Shown: positions 46,541-56,541, numbered from the stretch's first letter. The stretch: DNA of 64,000 bases from a virus (IMGVR_UViG_3300009503_000018:75528-139527), one strand, 5' to 3'. A program made the numbers and translations. Notes: generated from the sequence alone by a model not told the origin.

Positions 46541-46987
46541 TTACAGATTGAGAATATCGGTAACTTCGAGGGTTGCGTCTGCTCGGATCACACGCTCTCC
46601 AGTCGCGCTGTACTCTCGACCAATAGAACTAAACCAACACCCTTGATAGATTGTTCCAATAATCAAACCGCTTGGAAGTTGCCAAATCTCCTGCACATCA
46701 AATGGGTTAGTATGATCGGCAAGATGAATCGCACTTGCTGGGAATCCAAATGCTTCGTGCATACGCTTGGTAAATAGATCATACCGAGCAACATCAATTT
46801 GAAGCTGAGTCACGTTCCCGGGAACAATATCAATACGCCGACCTGAAGTCAACGAATTCAATTCGTAAATCGGCGTCATATCCCGCTGTTGACGCGGTGC
46901 CCATCGTTGGATGATACCGATCGTTACACCTCGAAAACGGATCGAGATGATGTGCTGACTAGCAACTCGTGTATTGGGAATAGCCAT
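46541..46987 (-). CDS. Tail tube protein
   Basis: About 148 aa directly after the sheath; IGIIQ.W...R...IYEL...VPG pattern of contractile tail tubes. Confidence 0.8.
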   Translation of the reverse strand: MAIPNTRVASQHIISIRFRGVTIGIIQRWAPRQQRDMTPIYELNSLTSGRRIDIVPGNVTQLQIDVARYDLFTKRMHEAFGFPASAIHLADHTNPFDVQEIWQLPSGLIIGTIYQGCWFSSIGREYSATGERVIRADATLEVTDILNL

Positions 46988-47016
46988 ATTAAGCAATCCT
47001 CTTCATTAACTTATAT

Positions 47017-49026
47017 TTAGGCACCTGACGGCACAGCCACACTATATGTTCCAAATAGTCTCTTCGCAATAAACTTCACAAAGAAGAAAAATCGGAAGTC
47101 ATACGTTGTCGGATCACTCTTGCGCTGTTGGACGATAATATCCGTAGCCAAGTCAATATTACGGATTGATCCATCGTTGTTTTGAAATGGCGCAATCGCC
47201 CCATCGGCAATTGCTGCATTCAACTGTGTCGCGATTTGCGACTTAACTTCAAAGACGAACTGCGCCAAATCATCGGGTACAAGTCCTACGATTGTCGCAT
47301 CGAGCTGGTTCCGAACACGCTTGACAATATTGTCTTTTTGTGCCATGACGTTAATTTCACGGAATTCCGCGCTCGACTGATCCGTAGTTACCGGATCAAA
47401 TAGCAAGAAACGCCCGCCCTTCGTATCCACCAAGTTCACCCCATTCGAAGCCATAAAATCGCGATCGCCTTTATTCATAATCTCGACGGCGTCGAAGCCC
47501 ACCAGCTCTTTGCGCAATAGCCCTTCAGCCGGGCTCAAGAAACTAGCCTGCAATGCAGCGACCGCCGTAGCAAGATAGGTGCTATCCAACTTGAGTTGCT
47601 TTGCTGATCCGTCTGGGAACCGGAACGTCTTCTGCACAAACGACGGTCCCGTGAGCACAAACCGACCCCGACCCGGACTGTCGGCAGCAACCTGCAATTC
47701 CTGCGTGGCGACAAAGACGAACGTCCCAGCCGTCTCTCCATCTCCAGCAACAGTTCCAACGGGCATGCCAAACCAGCCCATACGTTCCGCCTTATTAATC
47801 AAGCTCGACTGTTGGATTACATGGTCCCGCAATGCAGCACGAACCAATGGTTTCACTCCGCCCGCATTAAGCGTAGGATGCCCGAGTACAACAATATCTG
47901 TCAGATCAGGATTTAATTCGGCGCCTTTAATCGCGGTAATATAGTCAATATCTTGAGCTGCCTGTCCCGTTCCGGTATTCTGAACCTGAATATGATAGAG
48001 AAACGGTGGCTGCTGCTCAAAGGCGATTTGTCCCGCCAATGCAAGCGCATTCGTTGACGAAATCGGTCCGACTTTTGCAATAAACTGATCAAAACTGGTA
48101 CTCAAAATGGGCGTATTGAAATCCGTCGCAGGACGGTTTGCATGATACGTAACAAAATACGTCGCTCCCTGTGCTGGATTCTTGCCAGCGCCTTGAGCAA
48201 ATTGTCCACTCAAGAAACCAAGAATGGAATTCGAAGTCCCGGCGCCGACTTGAATTGTGGCACTATTTCCAACCGCCGTTGTTTTCAACACCACATGTCC
48301 ACCTGAAGCGAATGCCGCCATGCCGGTAATATTGGTATTCAAAACCGTAACAACTTCTGCCGCCGTCGCAGCATTGGGATTTGCAAAGTTCCCATTTGAG
48401 AACGTAACGGACTGTTCAATGCCACCATTCAACGTTACGTTGAATGTCTGTCCTACTAATCCACTAAACGTTTCGGTCGTGGATCCCGTAATGGTCGGCG
48501 CAGTCGGGCTCAGCCACGCAACCCCAGAACTCACCAAAACATAATCTGTCCCAGACACGAAATCACTCGTACCCGGAAAGGATCCAACACGGACAATCGC
48601 TCCACATGGCACATTCACATCAAACGCCAACTCGTCGACCGTTTGTGTCGCCGTCGTAGCTTGATAGGAGAACGTGTATGTCGCGGTCGGATCAAAAAAC
48701 GCTGCCGCAATCTGAATGGTCGTTGCGTTTACAACAGAAAAAGCGTCGGCAACTTGCTGATCTCCATTTTTGAACAAAAACATGGAGCTTTTCTTGCCGT
48801 CGCTGGTTTTGGACAAAGTAAATTGCAGTGTGCTCGGATTGACGGTAACGGCTTCCTGATTAATATAGGCTCGAACAACACTTTCATCGGTCACGAGTTT
48901 GCACGGATCACCTTCGCCGATCAGCACGAGCTGCCGGGGGAGACCAATAAATGCCGGAATAGGCTGAACGACCTCTTCCTGAATATATACCCCAGGCGGA
49001 ACATACCGTGATACGCGAATTGCCAT
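47017..49026 (-). CDS. Tail sheath protein
   Basis: YVPPGVYIQEE start, LASNGVNLVD-like C-domain, EINVMAQKD, YDFRFFFFVK. Confidence 0.9.
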   Translation of the reverse strand: MAIRVSRYVPPGVYIQEEVVQPIPAFIGLPRQLVLIGEGDPCKLVTDESVVRAYINQEAVTVNPSTLQFTLSKTSDGKKSSMFLFKNGDQQVADAFSVVNATTIQIAAAFFDPTATYTFSYQATTATQTVDELAFDVNVPCGAIVRVGSFPGTSDFVSGTDYVLVSSGVAWLSPTAPTITGSTTETFSGLVGQTFNVTLNGGIEQSVTFSNGNFANPNAATAAEVVTVLNTNITGMAAFASGGHVVLKTTAVGNSATIQVGAGTSNSILGFLSGQFAQGAGKNPAQGATYFVTYHANRPATDFNTPILSTSFDQFIAKVGPISSTNALALAGQIAFEQQPPFLYHIQVQNTGTGQAAQDIDYITAIKGAELNPDLTDIVVLGHPTLNAGGVKPLVRAALRDHVIQQSSLINKAERMGWFGMPVGTVAGDGETAGTFVFVATQELQVAADSPGRGRFVLTGPSFVQKTFRFPDGSAKQLKLDSTYLATAVAALQASFLSPAEGLLRKELVGFDAVEIMNKGDRDFMASNGVNLVDTKGGRFLLFDPVTTDQSSAEFREINVMAQKDNIVKRVRNQLDATIVGLVPDDLAQFVFEVKSQIATQLNAAIADGAIAPFQNNDGSIRNIDLATDIIVQQRKSDPTTYDFRFFFFVKFIAKRLFGTYSVAVPSGA

Positions 49027-49140
49027 TCAGAAATCCTCCTAAGTTACCGTCCTACCCCACCTCGTTAAAAAAGGGTTCCCTTCCTCAAATACAACTGTTT
49101 CTCATTGTCTTTTCGTGCGTTTTTTCATTAAAGCGTTAAA

Positions 49141-50613
49141 CTACCCAACTTTCGCGGGGTTAGTCAATAAATTACCAATTTCTTGAATAACGTCGGGATC
49201 ATCAATAAATACAGCGCCCGGGTCCCCAGCCGTATCGGGATTTTCACGGAATCCGACACTTTCGCCGACCGAAGTTAAAAAGGCGTTTGTATTATCAAAA
49301 ATCTCTAAGCGTTTTTGTAGAGCCCCATAATCACTCGATTCACAATGCGAAATATAGCCCCGCAAGCGAATTCTTGACCTTTGCGGGTCCACTTTCCATT
49401 CAAATTGTGCGGACAAATTCACCCCAATGGGAATATTGACGCGCGACCCTTCTCCTAAAACCGTTACTGGACCAGTAGACACATTCCCCTTAATAATGGC
49501 CAATCTCGCTGGAGATCCGGGTCGGACGAGCAGTTGATAACAATCACTTTCAAGCGGGTTTCTTCCCTGTTGCATAGCACAGATTACTAAAGCCGAATTT
49601 CCATTCGAAAATCGGAACTTCGTTCGCAATCTTCCAGAGACAATACCGGGACTGTTTTTATTGACTAAAACTCCAGCCTCACTACCATCAGAAAGACTCT
49701 TAAAGGCGACAAGACCATTCCCGCTAATTCCACTTATTGATGTCATCAGTGTTGTGTCGATTTGTCGTACTATAGCGCTCGGATTTACTACGATATCCCA
49801 TTTTTGAGTATTAATTCCATTCACAAACCCGATACCACTATTAATTTCAAAATTATCGGAATTGGCAAATTGCCATTGACGAGGCTCATCAAGAGGCACA
49901 ATATCAAATCGTGCAAGGAAATTTGCATCATCTTCAAGGTGGAAAGTGGGGTTAAAGCACACGGAAACATCAAATGCTTCGCGGTCGGCATAATCCAGGA
50001 ACAAAATCGGGACGGTGATCCTATTAAAATAAATCATTTCGAATGCTTCGCCGTCAGGACGCGCCTGTTGCGTCTCGCCTTGAATCACCGCTTCAGATTT
50101 TAAAATTAATTGGTAATTATTCGGGACTCCAGAAAATGGGTCAATATTCGTGTCGCCGAGAAAAGCGTACTCTGTTTCCTCTGCATATGTGGTAAAAAAT
50201 GTATGCACAATATCGGTCAACTCGGAACGAATATTCGTATCCGTCGTGGAAATTTCAATAACCACCGTCATGTCGCCGCCGACAATTTCGCGAATCATCG
50301 GCTTTCCTGTAACGGGATCATGATATGTGTGAATCACTTGACGCCCAATCCCCATCTTTTTTTCCGTTCCAGGAGCGGACATAACGGCGACCGTCGGAAT
50401 GCGCTGGTTCGCGTGCGGCATGGCTTGAATCACTTGCACAAACGATTCCGCCGACGTTTGCCCAGCCAAACCGAACTTTTCAATCAACGGTTGCTCTTTG
50501 AGAGCGTTCGTCGAAGCGCTCGCCAACAACAGCGAAAAATGCGCCCGTAACTGCTGAACAATGATATCCTTCGCTCGACCAGTCCACGCCGCGAATCCAG
50601 ATATTGTCGCCAT
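49141..50613 (-). CDS. Tail terminator or neck protein with C-terminal beta-sandwich
   Basis: Upstream of the sheath; RIPTVAV and TDTNIRSELTDIV pattern. Confidence 0.55.
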   Translation of the reverse strand: MATISGFAAWTGRAKDIIVQQLRAHFSLLLASASTNALKEQPLIEKFGLAGQTSAESFVQVIQAMPHANQRIPTVAVMSAPGTEKKMGIGRQVIHTYHDPVTGKPMIREIVGGDMTVVIEISTTDTNIRSELTDIVHTFFTTYAEETEYAFLGDTNIDPFSGVPNNYQLILKSEAVIQGETQQARPDGEAFEMIYFNRITVPILFLDYADREAFDVSVCFNPTFHLEDDANFLARFDIVPLDEPRQWQFANSDNFEINSGIGFVNGINTQKWDIVVNPSAIVRQIDTTLMTSISGISGNGLVAFKSLSDGSEAGVLVNKNSPGIVSGRLRTKFRFSNGNSALVICAMQQGRNPLESDCYQLLVRPGSPARLAIIKGNVSTGPVTVLGEGSRVNIPIGVNLSAQFEWKVDPQRSRIRLRGYISHCESSDYGALQKRLEIFDNTNAFLTSVGESVGFRENPDTAGDPGAVFIDDPDVIQEIGNLLTNPAKVG

Positions 50614-51695
50614 TAGAAAATCGCATTCCCCGGTTCGTCGATTTGTAGAAGACGGATATTAAAACGTTGAGACAAGAATTTCCCTTGCGGCTCAACATAC
50701 GTCACATTCGTCGGCTTAAACCGTCCTGAGACCGGAAATTCCTCACTGGCCGGGTCTTCTTTTTGATACTGCCCCTGAATCAATTCAAAAACATCGTTTT
50801 CCTGCACGAAAATTTTGTCCCCTCCTGGAATTCCAAGTGATGGTGTGGTCCACCACGTAATCCCAGGAGCCCCAATACGAACACCAAAACTTTCAAGAAC
50901 ACGCTGTTCGGGAAATGTTTTCTTGCTAATAAGAACGATGGGGTTTTTTTGCATTTGAAATCGAACACGTAGAATTTGAAAAAATGGGCTTGGATCAGTG
51001 GCTTTTGCCCGCGTCAGTGTCACACGGAATTGTACATTAAATGCCGGATTGTTAAAACACGAATTATCAGAAATATTTCTCCACGTAGTCCCACCATCCG
51101 TTGTAAATTCGACCAAAATATTGTTCTGTGTCAACTGCCGTAATCCATCGAATCCATCCAAACGGAAACCAGAAAAAGCAAAATTATTAGTAATTTGAAA
51201 TACAGGAGACATAATAATGCCGGTAGTTGCCCCCTCAGCGATCACGGCATGATCAGGAAATTTTTTTAGAAGCGTAATATTCGTCAAAGTTGGCGGATCA
51301 ACGACAAGAGCGCCCATTCGTCCTTCTCGTCGGACTCCTCCAATTGACGCCGAATCTCCCGTGAAATAAATCGTCTGAAAACCAAAGCGCTCATATCCTC
51401 CAGTAAACAATGCTCCGTAGCAACTAGGACACCGTTGGTTGACTTGACCGGTTTCTTCTTTAATACATGTACATCGAGCACCAAAATTTAGTTGCTGAAA
51501 CAGATGGGCCTGAATAGCCCCTGTTTTGAGCAATTCATCTTGGCGAAGGATCAACCGTTCCCACAAATCAGCTTCGCCGAGTCCCCAGTCATTAATTACC
51601 TCGCTCATGGTCGTCCACACATCATTCGTTGGAGACACGCGAGGAGACTGAACCGACTCGTTCGGGCTTAGTTGACCCGTCAAACGCGTACCCAT
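50613..51695 (-). CDS. Neck or head-closure protein
   Basis: RCTC...RCPSCYGALFTGGY; ends SQRFNIRLL...AIF. Confidence 0.55.
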   Translation of the reverse strand: MGTRLTGQLSPNESVQSPRVSPTNDVWTTMSEVINDWGLGEADLWERLILRQDELLKTGAIQAHLFQQLNFGARCTCIKEETGQVNQRCPSCYGALFTGGYERFGFQTIYFTGDSASIGGVRREGRMGALVVDPPTLTNITLLKKFPDHAVIAEGATTGIIMSPVFQITNNFAFSGFRLDGFDGLRQLTQNNILVEFTTDGGTTWRNISDNSCFNNPAFNVQFRVTLTRAKATDPSPFFQILRVRFQMQKNPIVLISKKTFPEQRVLESFGVRIGAPGITWWTTPSLGIPGGDKIFVQENDVFELIQGQYQKEDPASEEFPVSGRFKPTNVTYVEPQGKFLSQRFNIRLLQIDEPGNAIF

Positions 51696-51701
51696 AATGA
51701 A

Positions 51702-51733
51702 AAATCCCCTAGAATAGCAGCTCTAGAGGATTT
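51702..51733 (-). promoter_or_regulatory. Hairpin whose 3' arm carries the SD of the neck gene
   Basis: 12-bp stem (one G:U) AAATCCTCTAGA/TCTAGGGGATTT, 8-nt loop, ending 6 nt before the ATG at 51695. Confidence 0.5.
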
Positions 51734-51783
51734 AACTATTTTGGGGAATTGTAAAGAGAGAAATATGTTTTTGCAAATCGGAC

Positions 51784-52524
51784 CTAACGTAATCGTGTCG
51801 AGGCAAGGCTCTGCCCATCATTTGACCATGCGCCACACTTCTGGCATTGGAATCGGTGATATTTCCGGACTCGGGTCACGTGATATCCGCGCCGTTGGAC
51901 CTTGTCGCTTCCACAAACGGGACATGCGATGAGTTTTCCTTCGAGAATACCCATTCCTGGATGACTCGTCATTAACGGTTTGATTCGATTATACACCTGT
52001 TCCAGCACCCGCACATCTTGCAGACAATGGTCAACGACGTACTTCACACTGGGTTTATGTCCGGCGGCAGCGCGAATCCAAATAGGACCGGTTAATGGCG
52101 TTTTCTCTTCGAGTTCTAAAAATCCGGTCACAGACGCCAAACGATTACTATTCAAGCGCATCTTATATTTCGCAATACGCCACCCATCCACGTGCGGAAC
52201 GGGGGGTAAAATAGGAAGTTTGTGATACACCAAACGCGATTGAATATACGGAACATCAAATCGCGAACCATACCACGTTATCCACATATCTGCCGCACTC
52301 AAGACTTCGCCGGCCGCTTTGACGATATAATAATCGTTGGTCGGATCTTTACGGAATGCGGGAAAATCCGTAATGCTAATGACATGGGTCTTGGGATCTC
52401 CTAGGTACTTGTACCCAAGACAAAGCATATACCCAAAATTCGCATTCAGGTTGGTACACTCAATATCCCACAAAATGATTCGTGGTTTCTTTTCAATTTG
52501 GATACGAGACTGTTCTGGTTTCAC
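51784..52524 (-). CDS. RNase H-like DEDD 3'-5' exonuclease with C-terminal Zn-ribbon
   Basis: WDIEC, WYGSRFDVPYI, VDHCLQDV; CPVC...CQKC. Confidence 0.85.
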   Translation of the reverse strand: MKPEQSRIQIEKKPRIILWDIECTNLNANFGYMLCLGYKYLGDPKTHVISITDFPAFRKDPTNDYYIVKAAGEVLSAADMWITWYGSRFDVPYIQSRLVYHKLPILPPVPHVDGWRIAKYKMRLNSNRLASVTGFLELEEKTPLTGPIWIRAAAGHKPSVKYVVDHCLQDVRVLEQVYNRIKPLMTSHPGMGILEGKLIACPVCGSDKVQRRGYHVTRVRKYHRFQCQKCGAWSNDGQSLASTRLR

Positions 52525-53081
52525 AAATACTCCTTTTGTCGAAGAATTAACCGTTCTTTTAAAAGTTGAGCAATATGATCGGCCGCATTTTCCAAAGCAG
52601 CAAAATCTCCTGATTCTGCTACAACTTCGAAATCGAACGGCACAGACTCTAATTCTGTCTCGGATGGATGATCCGATGGACGACTCGGATCAATATACAA
52701 ACTCCCGTCCGGATTTAGCCGCTTTATTTTCACCGTAATACCATTATTGGCTTTAACCCACGCATACTCATTAGCGTATCGCATGTCCGGAATAATCGCA
52801 ACATGTGGACGTTGGATACTCTCTTCATGTTCTTCAATTTTTAATTGGACAAGACGAATCCAAAAATCTAAGTCTTTTTCTCGACGAAATCGTTGACCTT
52901 CTCGTTGCAGTAAGACCGAATCTTTCGTGGTCATACCATAACAGACACGGCAATACGCTTTTAAATCGTCAGCGAAGGAGTAAATTCGGCTATCCCGAGG
53001 AAGACGGGCATGGACCATCATCGCGAACGTGTCTTTACCGTGACGAGCGCGATGTCCCAATCCGAGCAGGAGCGCTTGCAT
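52521..53081 (-). CDS. Deoxynucleoside monophosphate kinase
   Basis: GLGHRARHGKDT P-loop, SFADDLK, IPDMRYANE, HPSETEL. Confidence 0.85.
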   Translation of the reverse strand: MQALLLGLGHRARHGKDTFAMMVHARLPRDSRIYSFADDLKAYCRVCYGMTTKDSVLLQREGQRFRREKDLDFWIRLVQLKIEEHEESIQRPHVAIIPDMRYANEYAWVKANNGITVKIKRLNPDGSLYIDPSRPSDHPSETELESVPFDFEVVAESGDFAALENAADHIAQLLKERLILRQKEYL

Positions 53082-53117
53082 CTACGAACGTATAACTCCT
53101 TTAAGGAACAAAAGCAA

Positions 53118-53690
53118 CTAGGTCTCAAGTTCTCTCTGAATAATATTCAATGACGATGACAAATACGGAATCAAAAGATGTGAGGTCGGAACAAATGTTT
53201 CCTGAACATCTACAACATAATTTTTTGCTCCTAGAACTACACATTTTTCAACCGGAGCCATTACATCATGCGGACACGAAATCGTGATAAGACGAGAAGC
53301 GAATTGGGGAATAATTTCATACCGAAATTTATCATACACTTCAGGAGTAACATCCAACAATGTTCGAATTCCGTCCTCATATATAGGCCACGGCGAGCCA
53401 TATAACGGTGCGCCAATGGCGAAAATTTTTTTCACCAACTGAGGAAACATCGCCGCTGCCCACACGGCTTGAATACCGCCGAGACTATGCCCAATAAGAA
53501 AAATCGGGGCATCAATATGTGCAAACGCTTTTTTGACTTCTGCTTCGTATACAGACAATGGCCAAATATTCAATCCTAATGGACCGGGATTTAGTAATTC
53601 TACGGTCAATCCTCGCTTTTTAAGGAGATACATAAAAGGCGCATAATACCACTTCAGGCTCGCAAATCCACCAATTATGTATCCCACCAT
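53118..53690 (-). CDS. Alpha/beta hydrolase (esterase or lipase)
   Basis: Nucleophile elbow LIGHSLGG, IGAPLYGS, HDVMAP, TSH. Confidence 0.85.
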   Translation of the reverse strand: MVGYIIGGFASLKWYYAPFMYLLKKRGLTVELLNPGPLGLNIWPLSVYEAEVKKAFAHIDAPIFLIGHSLGGIQAVWAAAMFPQLVKKIFAIGAPLYGSPWPIYEDGIRTLLDVTPEVYDKFRYEIIPQFASRLITISCPHDVMAPVEKCVVLGAKNYVVDVQETFVPTSHLLIPYLSSSLNIIQRELET

Positions 53691-53968
53691 TACCCACCTC
53701 GTTCACGCAACGCCATGTGGAACGCATTGACTTCCCGGTCTGTTGTAAAAGTCCGCATAATCTTTTCGGAGCAACTGTGAACGCAATACACATGATGACT
53801 CGCATCAATCTCATCCAGTCCTTGAGAGCGCAGCGACATACCACGCGGAAATGTCCGCCACGCCCCATCAGACAAAAGTTGCATGATAAACCAATCATCA
53901 TCTTCTTTGCCACATAACACACACTTGCCTTTTTCAAAGACAATAGGTCGGTCTACGTCGAACATCAT
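53690..53968 (-). CDS. Small Cys-containing hypothetical protein
   Basis: CVLC...CVHSC; TAATG/TAGATG-type coupling. Confidence 0.6.
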   Translation of the reverse strand: MMFDVDRPIVFEKGKCVLCGKEDDDWFIMQLLSDGAWRTFPRGMSLRSQGLDEIDASHHVYCVHSCSEKIMRTFTTDREVNAFHMALRERGG

Positions 53969-53974
53969 AGCGCA

Positions 53975-55111
53975 TCATATCCATCCACGGAATCGGCTGG
54001 CAACTCCAGCCGGAAGTTTCGAAAATCCCAATGCAAACGTCGATCCCACAATTGTTCGTGCGTATAGATGCGGCTGAAAGTAATTCCATTTGTAGAGCTT
54101 CTTTTTTGAAACGTACCCTTGTAATAACGCTTGATACCATCCCATCAATTTCGAATTGTGATCAACGGTGAGAGCGATCCCATTGTCATTATATTGGAAA
54201 TCTTGATCGACCGCAAGTAGTCCCTGGGCGATAAGCGCTTGCACAATCGCCCCTTGAATCAAGACTTCTTTATATACATCGTGAATTTCTTCCAACGCAA
54301 TCGTCGTCGTGGGCGGAGTCGCATTAAAATCGCGCAACGCATTCGCGATGTACTCCGCGACATCAACCGCATTGAACGCAATCGGCTTGTTCGTTGCTTT
54401 CCGCGACTTGTCGATATACAACAAGACTTCGGGGATCATGCGGAACATCGCAGGAGTAACAAATCGAATGTTTTTGATCGTTTTGATAGGTTCTTCATCC
54501 GGAAATCGCGTTGTCCAAATTACCAAAAAGTCCCCAGCGCGGTCAGAAGTAAAATCATACAAAAAGATTCCCGCCTGCGGATTCATGATCGCGGGATCAG
54601 GAAAAGTCACACTCGTAATAACACTATCTTGAAAATCGAGAATTTGTAATGACAATTCAGAAGGATTTGCTAATACACCGTCCTTATCGTGAATTTCGAG
54701 ACTCACGCGCTCAGTGGAATTTGTGATTCCCAATGACAAAATTGGCTCAATTTTTCCAATAAGAGATTGATTAATAGGTTGTAGAATAAACTGACCCGTA
54801 ACGTGCGTTATTACATTCGTGTTCGCAACACTGGACGTAATGGAGAAAAAGTAAAATCCCGCTGGAATATTCACCGTATCGGTCGCAACAAAATCAAACT
54901 GGACATTCCCGGATGAGACCGGGGAGAGAACAGTTCCGGTTTTCACCAATAAAGTATCGACAGATGTCGAGCTTCTTTTGACCGTAAGCTGAACCGTTCT
55001 GCCAGTAAGATCAATCCCGAGAGAAACCTGGATACTCTTCGTATCCCCTTTTGTAATTTGAATCCCGCTATCAATTCCCGGGCATGTAACGGGGATTTGG
55101 GTAATTGCCAT
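53975..55111 (-). CDS. Head-tail adaptor with N-terminal BppU-like Ig domains
   Basis: ITKGDT...IDLTG.TVQLTVK Ig start; C-terminal adaptor-like helix region (DQDFQYNDNGIALT). Confidence 0.55.
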   Translation of the reverse strand: MAITQIPVTCPGIDSGIQITKGDTKSIQVSLGIDLTGRTVQLTVKRSSTSVDTLLVKTGTVLSPVSSGNVQFDFVATDTVNIPAGFYFFSITSSVANTNVITHVTGQFILQPINQSLIGKIEPILSLGITNSTERVSLEIHDKDGVLANPSELSLQILDFQDSVITSVTFPDPAIMNPQAGIFLYDFTSDRAGDFLVIWTTRFPDEEPIKTIKNIRFVTPAMFRMIPEVLLYIDKSRKATNKPIAFNAVDVAEYIANALRDFNATPPTTTIALEEIHDVYKEVLIQGAIVQALIAQGLLAVDQDFQYNDNGIALTVDHNSKLMGWYQALLQGYVSKKKLYKWNYFQPHLYARTIVGSTFALGFSKLPAGVASRFRGWI

Positions 55112-55197
55112 CCGTCCCTCCTATTTACCACAACTTTTTTCGAGCGGGTCTGATTCGGATATTGACAGAACGGCCAACAGTTGAAATAAAGACAGAG

Positions 55198-55512
55198 ATG
55201 ATAATTTCAGATGCAGCAGCGGCAAAAATTCAAGAATTAGCCTCTTCCAAAGGAGAAGGGTTCGGATTGCGTATAGCCGTCCGAGGAGGGGGATGCGCCG
55301 GTTTGACCTTAAAAATGGAAATTGGTCAACAACGCCCCGATGATAAAGTCTTTGAGAAAAATGGTGCGCAGGTCTTTATTGATCGAAAAAGTTTTCTATT
55401 TTTAAACGGCTCGTTAATAGATTTTAAAGACACTCTCCAATCAGCGGGGTTTGTGGTGTCAAACCCCAGATCCTCCCGCACGTGCGGATGTGGACAATCT
55501 TTCGCGATCTAG
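55198..55512 (+). CDS. iscA: IscA/HesB A-type Fe-S carrier
   Basis: LRIAVRGGGCAG, VFID.KS..FL.G..IDF, NP...TCGCGQSF. Start MIISDAAA; the ORF track starts at 55105. Confidence 0.92.
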   Translation: MIISDAAAAKIQELASSKGEGFGLRIAVRGGGCAGLTLKMEIGQQRPDDKVFEKNGAQVFIDRKSFLFLNGSLIDFKDTLQSAGFVVSNPRSSRTCGCGQSFAI

Positions 55513-55516
55513 TTTA

Positions 55517-55544
55517 TTATAAATTATAAATTATAAATTATAAA
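55517..55544. repeat. (TTATAAA)x4 tandem repeat between convergent genes
   Basis: Direct reading; overlaps the stop of the 55538 gene. Confidence 0.85.
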
Positions 55545-55897
55545 TGAAGGCACACAAGAACAGTCGTGCCAGGATCGGGACCTGTTATCATTACGACCTG
55601 AAAGCGATCTGAATCAGGTGTAAACGGCGTAATACCCTCAACGATCACTGGAGATCCTACATTGAAAAACTTGTTCCCATCTGCCTTTTGCAACTGATAT
55701 GAACCGACTGCCCCACTTCCCGAGACAATTTCAACTGAAAACGACGCATTCAAATACGACGATCCCCCCCAACGTGACATTAGCGGTCCTACAACTTGTC
55801 CAGCATCATCAGGATACGTGCGACATATCGTGTCGGCGAAGACTGGGCTACCCATCAATAGTAGAGCCAAAACCATTGTCTTTATAGATTTCCACAT
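55538..55897 (-). CDS. Secreted hypothetical protein
   Basis: MWKSIKTMVLALLLMGSPVFA signal peptide with AxA-type cleavage. Confidence 0.7.
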   Translation of the reverse strand: MWKSIKTMVLALLLMGSPVFADTICRTYPDDAGQVVGPLMSRWGGSSYLNASFSVEIVSGSGAVGSYQLQKADGNKFFNVGSPVIVEGITPFTPDSDRFQVVMITGPDPGTTVLVCLHL

Positions 55898-55928
55898 ATT
55901 TTCACCTCAGTTTATTTATAAATTCAAA

Positions 55929-56330
55929 TTATCCTGATGTTCTGCTTGTGCTTGTCTTTTTACGCCAATCAGCGATTGCTGATTTTATTGCATCTTCAGC
56001 CAAAACAGAACAATGATATTTCACCGGAGGTAAGGATAATTCGCGGGCGATATCACGATTTTTAATTTCTGTTGCCGCAGAAATATGTTTTCCGAGAATC
56101 AATACAGTCGTGAGCGACGAACTCGCTATAGCTGAACCACATCCGAACGCTTTAAATTTCGCATCTTCAATAATCCCCGTTTCTGGATTCACGCGAATCT
56201 GAAGCTTCAACACATCTCCACATTCTGGAGCGCCAACAATTCCCGTCCCAACATTCGGATCATCCTTTGGCAATGACCCAACATTGCGCGGATTGGTATA
56301 ATGATCAAGTACTGCCTCGGAATACGTCAT
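55929..56330 (-). CDS. iscU: IscU Fe-S cluster scaffold
   Basis: YSEAVLDHYTNPRNVG, GAPECGD, FGCGSAIASSS, LPPVKYHCS; all three Cys present. Confidence 0.95.
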   Translation of the reverse strand: MTYSEAVLDHYTNPRNVGSLPKDDPNVGTGIVGAPECGDVLKLQIRVNPETGIIEDAKFKAFGCGSAIASSSLTTVLILGKHISAATEIKNRDIARELSLPPVKYHCSVLAEDAIKSAIADWRKKTSTSRTSG

Positions 56331-56340
56331 CGTGGGAATA

Positions 56341-56541
56341 TCAACTCTTTTTTGTGTTGCCGAACAACGCCTCTTTTACGCTTTGGAGTGCTTCGTGGTA
56401 CGTATGAGCAACCAAAGCGTCCTCCAATGTTTGTGCGCGCCGTTCTTGGACTCGCCACGCCTTCATACACCGGTCTAAATACCCTCGGACTGCATCTTTT
56501 TTAAACGGAATTGCCGAAACTTTTGAACTCCGACTACGCAT
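56341..56541 (-). CDS. Small hypothetical protein
   Basis: Start MRSRS is assumed near the upstream stop; the ORF track extends to 56652. Confidence 0.5.
   Translation of the reverse strand: MRSRSSKVSAIPFKKDAVRGYLDRCMKAWRVQERRAQTLEDALVAHTYHEALQSVKEALFGNTKKS

Noticed and set aside
22399-49026. Tailocin, eCIS or T6SS locus
   Set aside because: Capsid, prohead protease, neck and replication genes are co-linear with the tail genes, which indicates a complete phage.
55162-55190. Sigma70 promoter for iscA
   Set aside because: TTGACA is present, but there is no TAnnnT at 16-18 nt spacing.
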